Shown here piece by piece: positions 50,102 through 59,440 of a stretch of DNA of 64,000 nt. This stretch comes from Candidatus Eiseniibacteriota bacterium (lineage in GTDB: Bacteria; Eisenbacteria; RBG-16-71-46), in NCBI GenBank assembly GCA_038231135.1, contig JBBRLX010000009.1:32001-96000 (forward strand), read 5' to 3'. Both the position numbers and the translations under genes were made by a program. Position 1 is the first letter of the stretch. Each line of letters begins with the position of its first letter. The notes under the pieces are model-generated. The model had not been told where the DNA came from. It saw nothing but the letters and a program-made list of their open reading frames with translations, and did not search any database.

Positions 50102-53100
50102 ATGACGACTCCACTACCTCACGGCTCGATCCGCTCCTCGCTCGCCCGGCGCCATGCGGCGCTACGGCGGGCGCTTGCACTGCGGCTGTCGCTGCGCGCC
50201 GCCGCGGCGTGCGCCGCCGTGATCACGCTGGCCGTGCTCGCGGGTGCGGCGATCGCCGGCGCCGGCATGGCCTGGGCGCGGCTCGGTTTGGTGGCGGCGG
50301 CCTGCGCCGCCTGCACGGCCTGGGCGGTGCGCAGATTCCTGCGCGAGGCGCCGGCGTTCGACGCCTATCTCGAGCGCGTCGAACAGCGGTTCCCCGACGT
50401 GCGGTCGTGGGTGCGCAATGCCGTCGACTTCGCGTCGCCACGCCCGACGCCCGGCACCTCGGCGGAGCTGGCGGACGCGGTCACGCGCGAGACCGTGCGC
50501 AAGCTCGACGGGCTGCCGATCGAATCGCTGGCGCCGCGGCTCGCGCCCGCGCGGCCGGCCGGCGCGATGGCGCTCGGGCTCGTGGTGCTGATCGCCGCCG
50601 TATGGCTCGCGCCGCAGGCGATCCAGCGTTCGTGGGCCACGCTGTGGAATCCCGCCGCCGCGACGCCGCCGATCGCGATCACCGTCGAACCGGGCTCGGT
50701 GAAGATCACGCCGGGCGCCTCGCTCGCGGTCTACGCCCACGTCACCGGCACCACCCACGCCCCGCGCCTGCTGCGTTCGGGCGAGCGGCCGGTCGACGGC
50801 GTGGCCGACGGCCGCACCGGCGATTCGCGGCTGTGGCGGTTCGACCTGGTGCAGCTCACGCGGGCGCAGGACTACCGGGTGCGGGTCCTTTCGGCGCAGA
50901 GCCCGGCCTATCACATCTCGCTCGCGGGCGAGCCGCTGCCGGTCAGCTTCGAGATCGAATACCGCTCGCCGGCCTACGCGCGGCTGCCGGTGCAGAAGGG
51001 CTCGGCGCTGCGCGGCGACCTGAGCGCGCTGCGCGGCACGCGTGCGATGGTCGAGGTGACGTTCGATCGCGACCTGAGCCGGCTCGAGGCGGCGGTGCCG
51101 GGAACCGCGACCGCGGCGTGGCAGCCGCTCACGGCGCGGCGCTGGCGGGGCACGGTCACGCTCGACCGCGAGGGCGAGTACGCGCTGCACGCGGTCGCGA
51201 GCGCCGGCGAGGCGACCTACCGCTACCGCCTGCAACCACTCGCGGACGCCCCGCCGGTGATCGCGGTGCGCACGCCCGGCGGCGACGTCGATCTGCCCGC
51301 GGGCCAGCAGGTGCCGCTCGAGGTTCAGGGACAGGACGATCTCGGACTCAGCGAGTTGACGCTCGAGTACCGCAAGGACGCGGAGACGGCGTGGCGGCCG
51401 CTGCCGCTCGCCCAGTTCGGCGCCCATCCGCGCGAGGCGGAGGTGCGGTCGCGCTGGGACGCTTCGTCGCTGGGCCTGCTGCCCGGGCAGACGGCGACGT
51501 TCCGGTTCGTGCTGTACGACGACAACGCCCTGGGCCGCGGCCGCGCGGAGAGCCCGGTGTTCGAGCTCAAGTTCCCGTCGCTGGCCGACCTCTACCAGCA
51601 AATCAACCAGACGCAGGGCACCGTGCAGAAGACGCTCGAGAAGGTCGCGGACCAGGCCAAGGATCTGCAGAAGTCGCTCGACAAGCTGGCGCGCCAGCAG
51701 CCGCGCGCCGCCACCGAAACCAGCCCGGCGTTCGAGCGCAGCGAGGAGCTCAAGAGCAGCTTCGAACGCCAGCAGGATCTGGCGAAGCAGCTCGACCAGG
51801 CCGCCCAGCAGTTGAACGAGAGTGTGAGCAAGGCCGAGGAGCGGCACGCGTTCGACGACGAGCTGCAGCGCAAGCTGCGCGAGATGTCGGAGCTGATGCA
51901 GCAGATCCAGTCCAAGGACTTCAAGGACGCGCTCGACCGCATGCAGCAGGCGATGGAGAAGCTCGACAAACAGGCGCTCGAGAGCCAGTTGCCGCAGTGG
52001 AAGCAGGACAACCGCGACATGCTGAAGAATCTCGAGCGCACGATGGACCTGCTGAAGAAGCTCCGCGAGGAGGAGAAGCTCGACGCACTGGCGAAGCGGG
52101 CGGACGAGCTCAAGGCGAAGCAGGACGAGCTCAATCAGCAGCACGCGGCGCACGAGCAGCAGGAGACCTCCGGCAAGGCGCCGAAGTCCGACGCGCAGTC
52201 CAAGACCGCGGAGCAGCAGGAGCAGGCGGCGAAGAACACCGAACAGCTCGCGAGCGATCTCAAGGACCTTGCGAAATCGCAGCAGAGCGAGGCCCAGCAG
52301 CAGCAGCAGATGGCGCAGGTGTCGGAGCAGCTCCAGCAACAGGCCGCGAACCCGCAGCACGATGCCGCGCACTCGGCGCAGCAAAAGCAGAGCGGCAACG
52401 CAAAACAGAGCGGCCAGAAGGCGAGCGAAGGCCTGAAAAACGCGTCGGAGGCGCTGCAGCAGATGGCGCAGCAGAGCCAGCAGCAGCAGCAGGGCGCGGA
52501 CCTCGCGGCGGTGCGGCGCGCCGCGCAGGACCTGGTGTCGCTGCAGCGCCAGAGCGAGGGCAGCCTCGAGCCCGGGCACCCGAACGACGAGCGCGCAAAC
52601 CAGCAGACCGATCTGTCCGAGGGCGTCGCGCGGGTCGCGGACTCGCTGGGCGTGCTCGGCCAGCACACGCCGTTCCTGAGCCAGAAGCTCACCCAGTCGC
52701 TGGGCCGCGCGATGAACAGCCTGTCCCAGTCCGGCAAGGATCTCGGCACCGGCAATCGTGCCCGCGGCGAACAACTGGGCCACGACGGCAGCACCGCGCT
52801 CAACGAATCGATCCTCGAGCTGCGCGCGTCGGAGGCCTCGATGTGCAAGCAGCCCGGCCAGGGCCAGGGGCAGCAGCCGGGCATGAGCCAGCGGATGTCG
52901 GCGTTGGGCCAGCAGCAGTCGCAGCTCAACGAGCGCTCGAAGAACCTGGCGCAGCGGCTGTCGCAGCAACTGCGGATCTCGACCGGCGACCAGGCCGAGC
53001 TGCAACGGATGGCACAGGAGCAGTCGAGGCTGCGCGAGCAGCTCGGACAGATCCAGAAGGACGACCAGGCGCGCCAGAAGCTGCTGGGCCGCCTCGACGC

Positions 53101-53425
53101 CGCGCAGAAGGACATGCAGGACGTCGAGGAGGCGCTGCGCCAGGGCAACACCGGCGGGGATCTCGAGGACAAGCAGACGCGCATCCTGTCGCGGCTGCTC
53201 GACGCGAACCGGTCGGTGAACCGGCGCGACTTCGATCCGCAGCGCGAATCGCGGCCGGGCCAGGAGCTGTCCGTGCGGTCGGCCGCCGAGATCCCGGCGG
53301 ATCTGCTGCACGAGACGGATCACCTGCGACTCGACCTGCTGAAGGCGGATGCCGATCGCTACCCGGCCCAGTACCGCGCGTTCATCGAGGCCTACCTCAA
53401 GTCGCTGAACGGCCCGCGGCGATGA
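50102..53425 (+). CDS. DUF4175-like membrane protein (N-terminal TMs, Ig-like domains, Gln-rich coiled coil)
   Basis: TM helices; PAY..LP, DAPP, DDLGL, YDDN motifs; long Q/E/K coiled coil; C-terminal YRAFIEAYLKSL. Confidence 0.85.
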   Translation: MTTPLPHGSIRSSLARRHAALRRALALRLSLRAAAACAAVITLAVLAGAAIAGAGMAWARLGLVAAACAACTAWAVRRFLREAPAFDAYLERVEQRFPDVRSWVRNAVDFASPRPTPGTSAELADAVTRETVRKLDGLPIESLAPRLAPARPAGAMALGLVVLIAAVWLAPQAIQRSWATLWNPAAATPPIAITVEPGSVKITPGASLAVYAHVTGTTHAPRLLRSGERPVDGVADGRTGDSRLWRFDLVQLTRAQDYRVRVLSAQSPAYHISLAGEPLPVSFEIEYRSPAYARLPVQKGSALRGDLSALRGTRAMVEVTFDRDLSRLEAAVPGTATAAWQPLTARRWRGTVTLDREGEYALHAVASAGEATYRYRLQPLADAPPVIAVRTPGGDVDLPAGQQVPLEVQGQDDLGLSELTLEYRKDAETAWRPLPLAQFGAHPREAEVRSRWDASSLGLLPGQTATFRFVLYDDNALGRGRAESPVFELKFPSLADLYQQINQTQGTVQKTLEKVADQAKDLQKSLDKLARQQPRAATETSPAFERSEELKSSFERQQDLAKQLDQAAQQLNESVSKAEERHAFDDELQRKLREMSELMQQIQSKDFKDALDRMQQAMEKLDKQALESQLPQWKQDNRDMLKNLERTMDLLKKLREEEKLDALAKRADELKAKQDELNQQHAAHEQQETSGKAPKSDAQSKTAEQQEQAAKNTEQLASDLKDLAKSQQSEAQQQQQMAQVSEQLQQQAANPQHDAAHSAQQKQSGNAKQSGQKASEGLKNASEALQQMAQQSQQQQQGADLAAVRRAAQDLVSLQRQSEGSLEPGHPNDERANQQTDLSEGVARVADSLGVLGQHTPFLSQKLTQSLGRAMNSLSQSGKDLGTGNRARGEQLGHDGSTALNESILELRASEASMCKQPGQGQGQQPGMSQRMSALGQQQSQLNERSKNLAQRLSQQLRISTGDQAELQRMAQEQSRLREQLGQIQKDDQARQKLLGRLDAAQKDMQDVEEALRQGNTGGDLEDKQTRILSRLLDANRSVNRRDFDPQRESRPGQELSVRSAAEIPADLLHETDHLRLDLLKADADRYPAQYRAFIEAYLKSLNGPRR

Positions 53426-55116
53426 TCCGCCGCCGGTTCGCGATCGTGCCGCGGCTCGCGGGCCGCGTCGCGGCGCTGGCGCTGGCCTGCGCCGCCGCCA
53501 CGGGCGTCGCGCGCGCCCAGACCGGTCCGCCGCCCGGGGGTTCCCAGCTGCCGCCGCAGGTCCGGCCCAGCATCATGGTGCTGCGCGGAGACGCATTGCG
53601 CGCCCAGGCCGAGCGTCCGATGCCGCCGATGACCGGCGCCCAGCTCGGGAAGCTGCGCGAGGCGCAGACGCTCCATCAGAACGGCATGTTCGACCGGGCA
53701 CGCGACCAGTTGCTCGCGCTGTCGGCGGAGCTGCCGCATCATCCGATCGTGCTCGGCGAGCTGGCGCAGGTGTATCTCGACATGAAGAACTTCACCGCCG
53801 CCGAGCAGCTCGCGAAGGCCGAACGCAAGGCCGCCGGCGATTCGCTGGTGCTGGGCGTGGTGCTGGAGCTCGCCCAGGAGCGGCTCGGCCACACCCGCGA
53901 CGCGGTGGCCACGGCGCTCGAGGTGTGGGTGTCGACACCCGACCAGGCCGAATGGGCGGCGTCGGCACTGCTGCGGCTCACGGCCGCGGACACGAAGGGT
54001 GTGCTCGAGACCGTGCGCCGCGCCGCCGCGAACAGCGGCGGCCGCGCCGATCTCGAACGCGGCCTCGCGATAATCGAGTGGCGCACCGGCGACGTCCCCG
54101 CGGCGCTGCAGGCGCTCGCGATCGCCGATCGCAGCGGCCGCCAGCCGTCGTGGCGCTGGATGTTCGCCGACGAGCTGCTGAGCACCGGCAACGGCCGCGA
54201 TTCGTCGGCGGCGGTCCAGGCGCTGGTGGCGCTGGCGGGGGATCCGTCGCGCGTGCCGCCCGAGCGGACACAGGCGGCCCGCCGCGCGTGGAACCTGGCC
54301 GAGCTGCGGAACGACCGCGCCGCGGTGGCGCCGCTCATGCAGAAGGCGCTCTCGGACCAGCCGCCCGGCCAGTGGGATTCGCACGTGCTGCTGGGCGTCG
54401 CGCGCGGACTGCGCGAGGCGGGCCGCACCAACGACTCGCGCGCGCTGCTGGCGGTGCACGGCGACGACCCCTCGGTGGTGCCGGGCGCCAATCTCGAACG
54501 CGCGCTCGCCGACCTGCGCGACGGCCCGCCCGCGAAGGCGCTGCCGGCGCTGGCCGCCGCGTCGCAGGTGTCGACCGAGGCGCTGTTCCGGTATGCCGAG
54601 GCGTTGTTCTACGCGGGCATGGCCGACTCGGCGCTGACCCAGTACCAGTTGGTGGTGAAGCAGACCCAGAGTCCGTTCACCGGCGCCGCGTTCGAGCGGC
54701 TGTACCTGATCGAGGACGCCGATCCCAAGGACGCGCTGCCGGCGTTCGGCCGGCTCGCCTACGAGACCTGGCGCGGCAATCGCGCGGCCGGCGCGACCGC
54801 TGAATCGCTGTATCGCGACCTGCCACGCGGGCCGCTGTGGGCGCAGGCCGCGCTGCTGCTGAGCGCGCGCCGCGAACAGGCGGGCGACGCGAAGGGCGCG
54901 CTCGGCGCCGCGCTCGCGGTGGCGGATTCGCTGCCCGACGACCGGCTGGCGTCGGCCGCACGCCAGCGCGCGGGCGATCTGTATCGCGTACAGTTCAAGG
55001 ACGACGCGAAGGCGCTCGCCCAGTACGAGGAATGCCTGGCCCGCTACCCCAGGGCCTGGAACTCCGCCGAAGTGCGCCGCCGCGTGGAACTGATGCGGCG
55101 CGACAAGCGGTTCTGA
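53422..55116 (+). CDS. Exported tetratricopeptide-repeat protein
   Basis: ATGA overlap; signal peptide; TPR-like helices ending ALAQYEECLARYP. Confidence 0.8.
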   Translation: MIRRRFAIVPRLAGRVAALALACAAATGVARAQTGPPPGGSQLPPQVRPSIMVLRGDALRAQAERPMPPMTGAQLGKLREAQTLHQNGMFDRARDQLLALSAELPHHPIVLGELAQVYLDMKNFTAAEQLAKAERKAAGDSLVLGVVLELAQERLGHTRDAVATALEVWVSTPDQAEWAASALLRLTAADTKGVLETVRRAAANSGGRADLERGLAIIEWRTGDVPAALQALAIADRSGRQPSWRWMFADELLSTGNGRDSSAAVQALVALAGDPSRVPPERTQAARRAWNLAELRNDRAAVAPLMQKALSDQPPGQWDSHVLLGVARGLREAGRTNDSRALLAVHGDDPSVVPGANLERALADLRDGPPAKALPALAAASQVSTEALFRYAEALFYAGMADSALTQYQLVVKQTQSPFTGAAFERLYLIEDADPKDALPAFGRLAYETWRGNRAAGATAESLYRDLPRGPLWAQAALLLSARREQAGDAKGALGAALAVADSLPDDRLASAARQRAGDLYRVQFKDDAKALAQYEECLARYPRAWNSAEVRRRVELMRRDKRF

Positions 55117-55156
55117 TGACACTCATGCACGCGGCCGCTGGGAGAACCGGTACCCG

Positions 55157-56863
55157 ATGACGAACTTCAACGGCAGCTTCGGAGGCCAGGACCCGCGGTG
55201 GGGCGGCCCGTTCGGTCGCACGCTGCACGGTGCGCGACACCCGTTCCGGGCTCACGCCCGGTCGCTGCGCGGGTGGAACCCGGTCGCCGTGGTCGGCACC
55301 ATCCTGGGACTCGTGGCGTTCGCGCTCGTGGCGGCCGTCACGCTGGGGATCGCGCTGCTGTTCACGCGCGGCCGCATCCGGGTGCAGCGCGGCTCGTTCG
55401 GCGGGCCGCTGGGCGGGCCGCCGTTCGGCGGCGCGGGCGGCGCCGGCCGGATGCACGACGCGCGCGACCACGGTTCCGGCGCCGTGCGCGCCGACGCGGC
55501 TCGGGACCCGGCCGGCGCGGCCGGCGCGGACACCGCGGCGGGATCGGACCGGAAACCGGACGAGCCCGGCGACCGGCGGTCGTACGCCGAGATCGTGGAG
55601 GCACTGCCGATCGTGTTCGCGGCCGCGCTGATGCTCGGCGCCGCGGGCTTCGCGCCCGCGCCCGCGCACGCCAAGCTGCTCGTCCCCATGGACGACAAGC
55701 AGACCGATCACCTGAAAGCGTACGGCCTCACCTACTGGGTGCTGAATCGCGGCGCCAAGGCCGAATGGCTGCTCAACTATCGCGGCGGGTCGTTCCTGCT
55801 GCCGGACGACCCCGACACGCAGCGCGAGGCGAACATCCGCGGCGTCGCGACCGAGACGATCGGCACCGCCGACGAATCCGCGATCAAGGCGGAGATCGCC
55901 GACAACAACATGGAGTCGGTAAACCTCGAGAAGGCGCCCAGGGTGGCCGTGTACATCCCGCCCAACACGCCGCCGTGGGACGACGCCGTCACGCTGGCGC
56001 TCAAGTACGCGGACATTCCCTACGCGACCGTGTGGGACGAGGAGGTGATCCGCGGCGATCTGTCGAAGTACGACTGGCTGCACCTGCACCACGAGGACTT
56101 CACGGCGCAGCACGGCAAGTTCTACGCCGCGTATCACTCGTTCCCCTGGTACCAGGAGGAGGAGCGCGTGCAGACCGACATGGCGAAGAAGCTCGGATTC
56201 CCCAAGGCCAGCGCGCTCAAGGCCGCCGTGGCGCTCACGATCAAGGACTTCATCGGCCGTGGCGGATTCATGTTCGGCATGTGCTCGGCGACCGACACCT
56301 ACGACATCGCGCTCGCCGCCGCCGGCGTGGACATCTCGGACGTCGTCTACGACGGCGATCCGCCGGATCCGGCCGCGAACCGCAAGCTCGACTTCTCGCG
56401 CACGCTGGCGTTCAAGGACTTCCGCCTCGAGATGGACCCGTTCGTCTACAAGTTCTCGGACATCGACGTCACGCAGGAGGCCTCGCTGCGCGGCCCGAAC
56501 ACGTTCTTCACGCTGTTCGATTTCTCCGCCAAGAACGACCCCGTGCCGACGATGCTGATCCAGGACCACGTGAACGCCGTGGCGGAGTTCCTCGGCCAGA
56601 CCACCGGATTCCACCGTCGCAATATCAAGAGCGGCGTGCTGGTGCTGGGCGAGGTCGAGGGCACGGACGAGGTGAAGTACCTGCACGGCCAGTTCGGTCG
56701 CGGCACGTTCACGTTCCTCGGCGGCCACGACCCCGAGGACTACCAGCACATGGTCGGCGACCCTCCGACCGAGTTGTCGCGCTTCAAGCACTCCCCCGGC
56801 TACCGGCTGATCCTCAACAACGTGCTGTTCCCGGCGGCGGAGAAGAAAAAGCAGCGGACGTAG
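55157..56863 (+). CDS. Class I glutamine-amidotransferase-like exported protein (family often labelled asparagine synthetase B in Bacteroidota) with an N-terminal extension
   Basis: LLVPMD..QTDHLKAYG, WLLNYRGGSF, PWDDAVTL, DWLHLHHEDF, MCSATD, GGHDPEDYQH, SPGYRLILNNVLFPAA. Confidence 0.8.
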   Translation: MTNFNGSFGGQDPRWGGPFGRTLHGARHPFRAHARSLRGWNPVAVVGTILGLVAFALVAAVTLGIALLFTRGRIRVQRGSFGGPLGGPPFGGAGGAGRMHDARDHGSGAVRADAARDPAGAAGADTAAGSDRKPDEPGDRRSYAEIVEALPIVFAAALMLGAAGFAPAPAHAKLLVPMDDKQTDHLKAYGLTYWVLNRGAKAEWLLNYRGGSFLLPDDPDTQREANIRGVATETIGTADESAIKAEIADNNMESVNLEKAPRVAVYIPPNTPPWDDAVTLALKYADIPYATVWDEEVIRGDLSKYDWLHLHHEDFTAQHGKFYAAYHSFPWYQEEERVQTDMAKKLGFPKASALKAAVALTIKDFIGRGGFMFGMCSATDTYDIALAAAGVDISDVVYDGDPPDPAANRKLDFSRTLAFKDFRLEMDPFVYKFSDIDVTQEASLRGPNTFFTLFDFSAKNDPVPTMLIQDHVNAVAEFLGQTTGFHRRNIKSGVLVLGEVEGTDEVKYLHGQFGRGTFTFLGGHDPEDYQHMVGDPPTELSRFKHSPGYRLILNNVLFPAAEKKKQRT

Positions 56864-56941
56864 CCGACGCTTTCACGCGGGGAGCGAAGGGGTTCAGGCC
56901 CCGATTGGATCGCGCATCCCGCGCCCGGTAGGATCACGGCC

Positions 56942-57718
56942 ATGACGATCCCGCCGCCCTCCAGCCATCCTCCGGAACGCGCACCCGCCCCGCCCCCCGC
57001 TCCTGCATGGCAACCGCTCGAATCCATTCAGCGGCGCGTGCTGGGCGTGCTGATCGAGAAGGCCAAGACCACGCCGGCCGCCTATCCCTTGACGCTCAAC
57101 AGCGTGGTCACCGGCTGCAATCAGAAGAGCAACCGCGAGCCGGTGATGGAGCTGGACGACGGCGAGGTGGAACGCGCGATCGACCAGCTGCGCGCGCTGG
57201 GCGTGGTGACCGACGTGTACGACAGCGGCCGCGTCACCAAGTATCGCCATCACGGCTACGTGTGGCTGGGAGTCGACAAGGCCGAGATCGCGGTGATGAC
57301 GGAGCTGCTGCTGCGCGGCGAGCAGTCGCTGGGCGACCTGCGGGTGCGCGCGGCGCGCATGGAGCCGATTCCGGATCTGTCCGCGCTCAAACCGCTCGTC
57401 GCGGCGCTGCTCGCGCGCGGGCTGATGGTCGAACTCACGCCTCCCGGGCGCGGGCAGATCGTCAGTCATGGACTCTATCCGGAGTACGAGATGTCGCAGT
57501 TGCGGGCCCGCCACGCCGGGCCGACATCGGCGGCCGCCGAGCGCGCGGGACACGGGGCGCACGTGTCGGTGGCACCCTCGCATGCGGCCGAGCGGGGCGC
57601 GGCGCCGGATCGGTTCGGAGCTCTGTCCGCGGAGATCGCTGAGCTGCGCGCCGAGGTCGCCCGGCTGGAGGAGCGCGTTCGGGAGTTGGAGCGGGAACGG
57701 GGCGCGGAGCACTCCTGA
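56942..57718 (+). CDS. DUF480 (YceH-like) protein
   Basis: RVLGVLIEKAKTTP.AYPLTLN...GCNQKSNREPVM, LLLRGEQ. Confidence 0.92.
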   Translation: MTIPPPSSHPPERAPAPPPAPAWQPLESIQRRVLGVLIEKAKTTPAAYPLTLNSVVTGCNQKSNREPVMELDDGEVERAIDQLRALGVVTDVYDSGRVTKYRHHGYVWLGVDKAEIAVMTELLLRGEQSLGDLRVRAARMEPIPDLSALKPLVAALLARGLMVELTPPGRGQIVSHGLYPEYEMSQLRARHAGPTSAAAERAGHGAHVSVAPSHAAERGAAPDRFGALSAEIAELRAEVARLEERVRELERERGAEHS

Positions 57719-57755
57719 TCGAGAGCATTCCCGTCCCGGATTGAGTCGGCATCGA

Positions 57756-57793
57756 GCGGACGACCCCGGGGACACTCCCCCGGGGTCGTCCGC
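57756..57793. terminator. 16-bp perfect stem-loop between convergent genes
   Basis: GCGGACGACCCCGGGG-ACACTC-CCCCGGGGTCGTCCGC. Confidence 0.72.
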
Positions 57794-57819
57794 GTTCCAT
57801 CCAATCGTATTCGCCGCTG

Positions 57820-58683
57820 TCAGGCGGCGGTCATGATCACCAGATGCTTCACCTTGCGGAACTCGACGGGGTCGAGGATGTGGATCTCGGCCACGTTGCC
57901 TTCCTGTTTGATCTCGTAACTCGACACGGGCTGGGCGCTCAGCACCCGGACCTTCGTGCCGGGCGCGCGGACCACGGTCTCCTGGTCGGTGTTCAGCGGA
58001 GTGAACTTGCTCTCGTCGAGCCGGCCGGTGAGCAGCAGGGTCTTGCCGAGGCCGAGCACGCCGCCCTTGGCGGTGATCACGCCCGACTGCGACAGGTCCT
58101 TCTTCGTCCCGACGATGTAGTAGATGGTTCCGAGCTCACGCTGCTTGTCGTCGATCACCTGGTTCTTCGCGAGGATCGTGTCCTGCGCCTCGTGCACCGT
58201 GGTCTCGAGACCGGCCACCTGGGTCTGCAGCGAATCCACGCGGGTCGTGAGCGCCGCGACCTCCTGCTCCTTCTCGGCCAGAATCTGCTTCTGGTTGGCG
58301 AGCAGCCTGCTGAGACCCCGGACCTGCACGCCCTTCTTGCCGAGCTGGCTCTCGAGCTGACCGATGCGCTCCTTGGTCCGCTGAATGCTCGTGTTCATGC
58401 GCGAAATGCTGGCCAGCACCTGTTCACGATTGGGCTGCGTCAGCCGCTCGCTCTGCTGCTCGAGCCGGACATTGTCGTCCTTCACGGAAATGGCGTTGAG
58501 GCTGTCCTGGATCTCGGCGATCGAGTTGAACGCGTCGGCGTAGTTGGTGCGCGCCGTCACCTCGGCCTGCTGGGTCTCGGTGAGCGCTGCGGTGGTCTGC
58601 TGGTTCTGCTGGTACAGGTATGCCGTGGCGCCAATCAGCAAAACGACGGCGGCGATGAACGAGATCAGCATGGGTTTGCGCAT
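57820..58683 (-). CDS. Membrane-anchored coiled-coil protein resembling the Bacteroidota Cbp1-type family
   Basis: N-terminal TM; FNSIAEIQDSL; long heptad region; C-terminal YYIVGTKKDL...SSY...ILDP.EF...HLVI; AAAGGAG RBS. Confidence 0.75.
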   Translation of the reverse strand: MRKPMLISFIAAVVLLIGATAYLYQQNQQTTAALTETQQAEVTARTNYADAFNSIAEIQDSLNAISVKDDNVRLEQQSERLTQPNREQVLASISRMNTSIQRTKERIGQLESQLGKKGVQVRGLSRLLANQKQILAEKEQEVAALTTRVDSLQTQVAGLETTVHEAQDTILAKNQVIDDKQRELGTIYYIVGTKKDLSQSGVITAKGGVLGLGKTLLLTGRLDESKFTPLNTDQETVVRAPGTKVRVLSAQPVSSYEIKQEGNVAEIHILDPVEFRKVKHLVIMTAA

Positions 58684-58953
58684 CCGGTGGTCTCCTTTGT
58701 CTGGCAGGTTGCGATCGTGCAGCCGGCGAACGAACTCCCATTGGGGTCCCTTCATGATGGACGGTTGAACCCCGCGGATGTCCTCACCGCTCCCGAATGG
58801 CGCCAACTTTTGCATTTTCGTGAACGGCGGGGAAGTCTGCGTTTTCGCCTCCGCGAGGCCGGAACGATCCTCGCAAGATGCGGCGCTCTGTATGTTCCGC
58901 CCGCCTAAACTCCCGGCTGCATGTTGCCGACAACGCCGGGGGAGGTCTCCACT

Positions 58954-59406
58954 TTGATCACTGATCCTTCGCCCGGCCTCGAGCCGGTCCCGAGCCCGGT
59001 CCGTCCACCGACGGTCGCGAGCCCGGGTCGACGTGTGTTCCACACCCTGATCGCGGTCGCCGGCTGGGCGGTATTCGCGTGGTGGTGGTGGATCGTGCTC
59101 CACCGCGTCGGCCGGTCCGAGATGCGGTTCACCGGGCTGTTCATCCTCGTGTCGCTCGTGGTGTGTGTCGCCGTCACGGGCCTGTGGGTGATGCACAACC
59201 GCATGATCTTCCGGCGCAAGGGCGCCCGCACCGGGGTGCGTGATGCCAAGCTCGACTACTCCCATGATCCGCTGGGGCGCGCCGTCACGTTCGAGGTTCC
59301 CGAGCGCGCGCTGCGCAACTCTCCCATCGTGAGAATTTTGTTCGAACCGGACCGCAAGCGCTACCGACCCATGCGTCCTGACGCTCCACCCCCGCCGGCC
59401 GCCTGA
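58954..59406 (+). CDS. PgaD-like 2-TM accessory protein
   Basis: Two TMs followed by W..HN..IFR; directly upstream of pgaC; TTG start with GGAGG. Confidence 0.6.
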   Translation: MITDPSPGLEPVPSPVRPPTVASPGRRVFHTLIAVAGWAVFAWWWWIVLHRVGRSEMRFTGLFILVSLVVCVAVTGLWVMHNRMIFRRKGARTGVRDAKLDYSHDPLGRAVTFEVPERALRNSPIVRILFEPDRKRYRPMRPDAPPPPAA

Positions 59407-59440
59407 GTTCCGGCCCCACGCCGGGAAAGGATTCCTGACG

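Noticed and set aside
51590..53200. CAG-rich quasi-repetitive region
   Set aside because: It is the Gln-rich coiled coil of the DUF4175-like protein, with no fixed repeat/spacer structure, so not CRISPR.
50209..53421. Apparent giant fusions in the ORF track (50209-55116, 29131-32886, 59470-62478, 21852-24437, 38292-41222, 27078-29117, 14456-16018)
   Set aside because: Only the C-terminal part of each is protein-like. The N-terminal parts are off-frame overlaps of the upstream gene. Real starts sit at stop/start overlaps or, for atpE, behind its own RBS.
55670..56863. True asparagine synthetase B
   Set aside because: No N-terminal Ntn Cys and no SGGLDS motif, and the protein is exported. The family label appears to be a misnomer.
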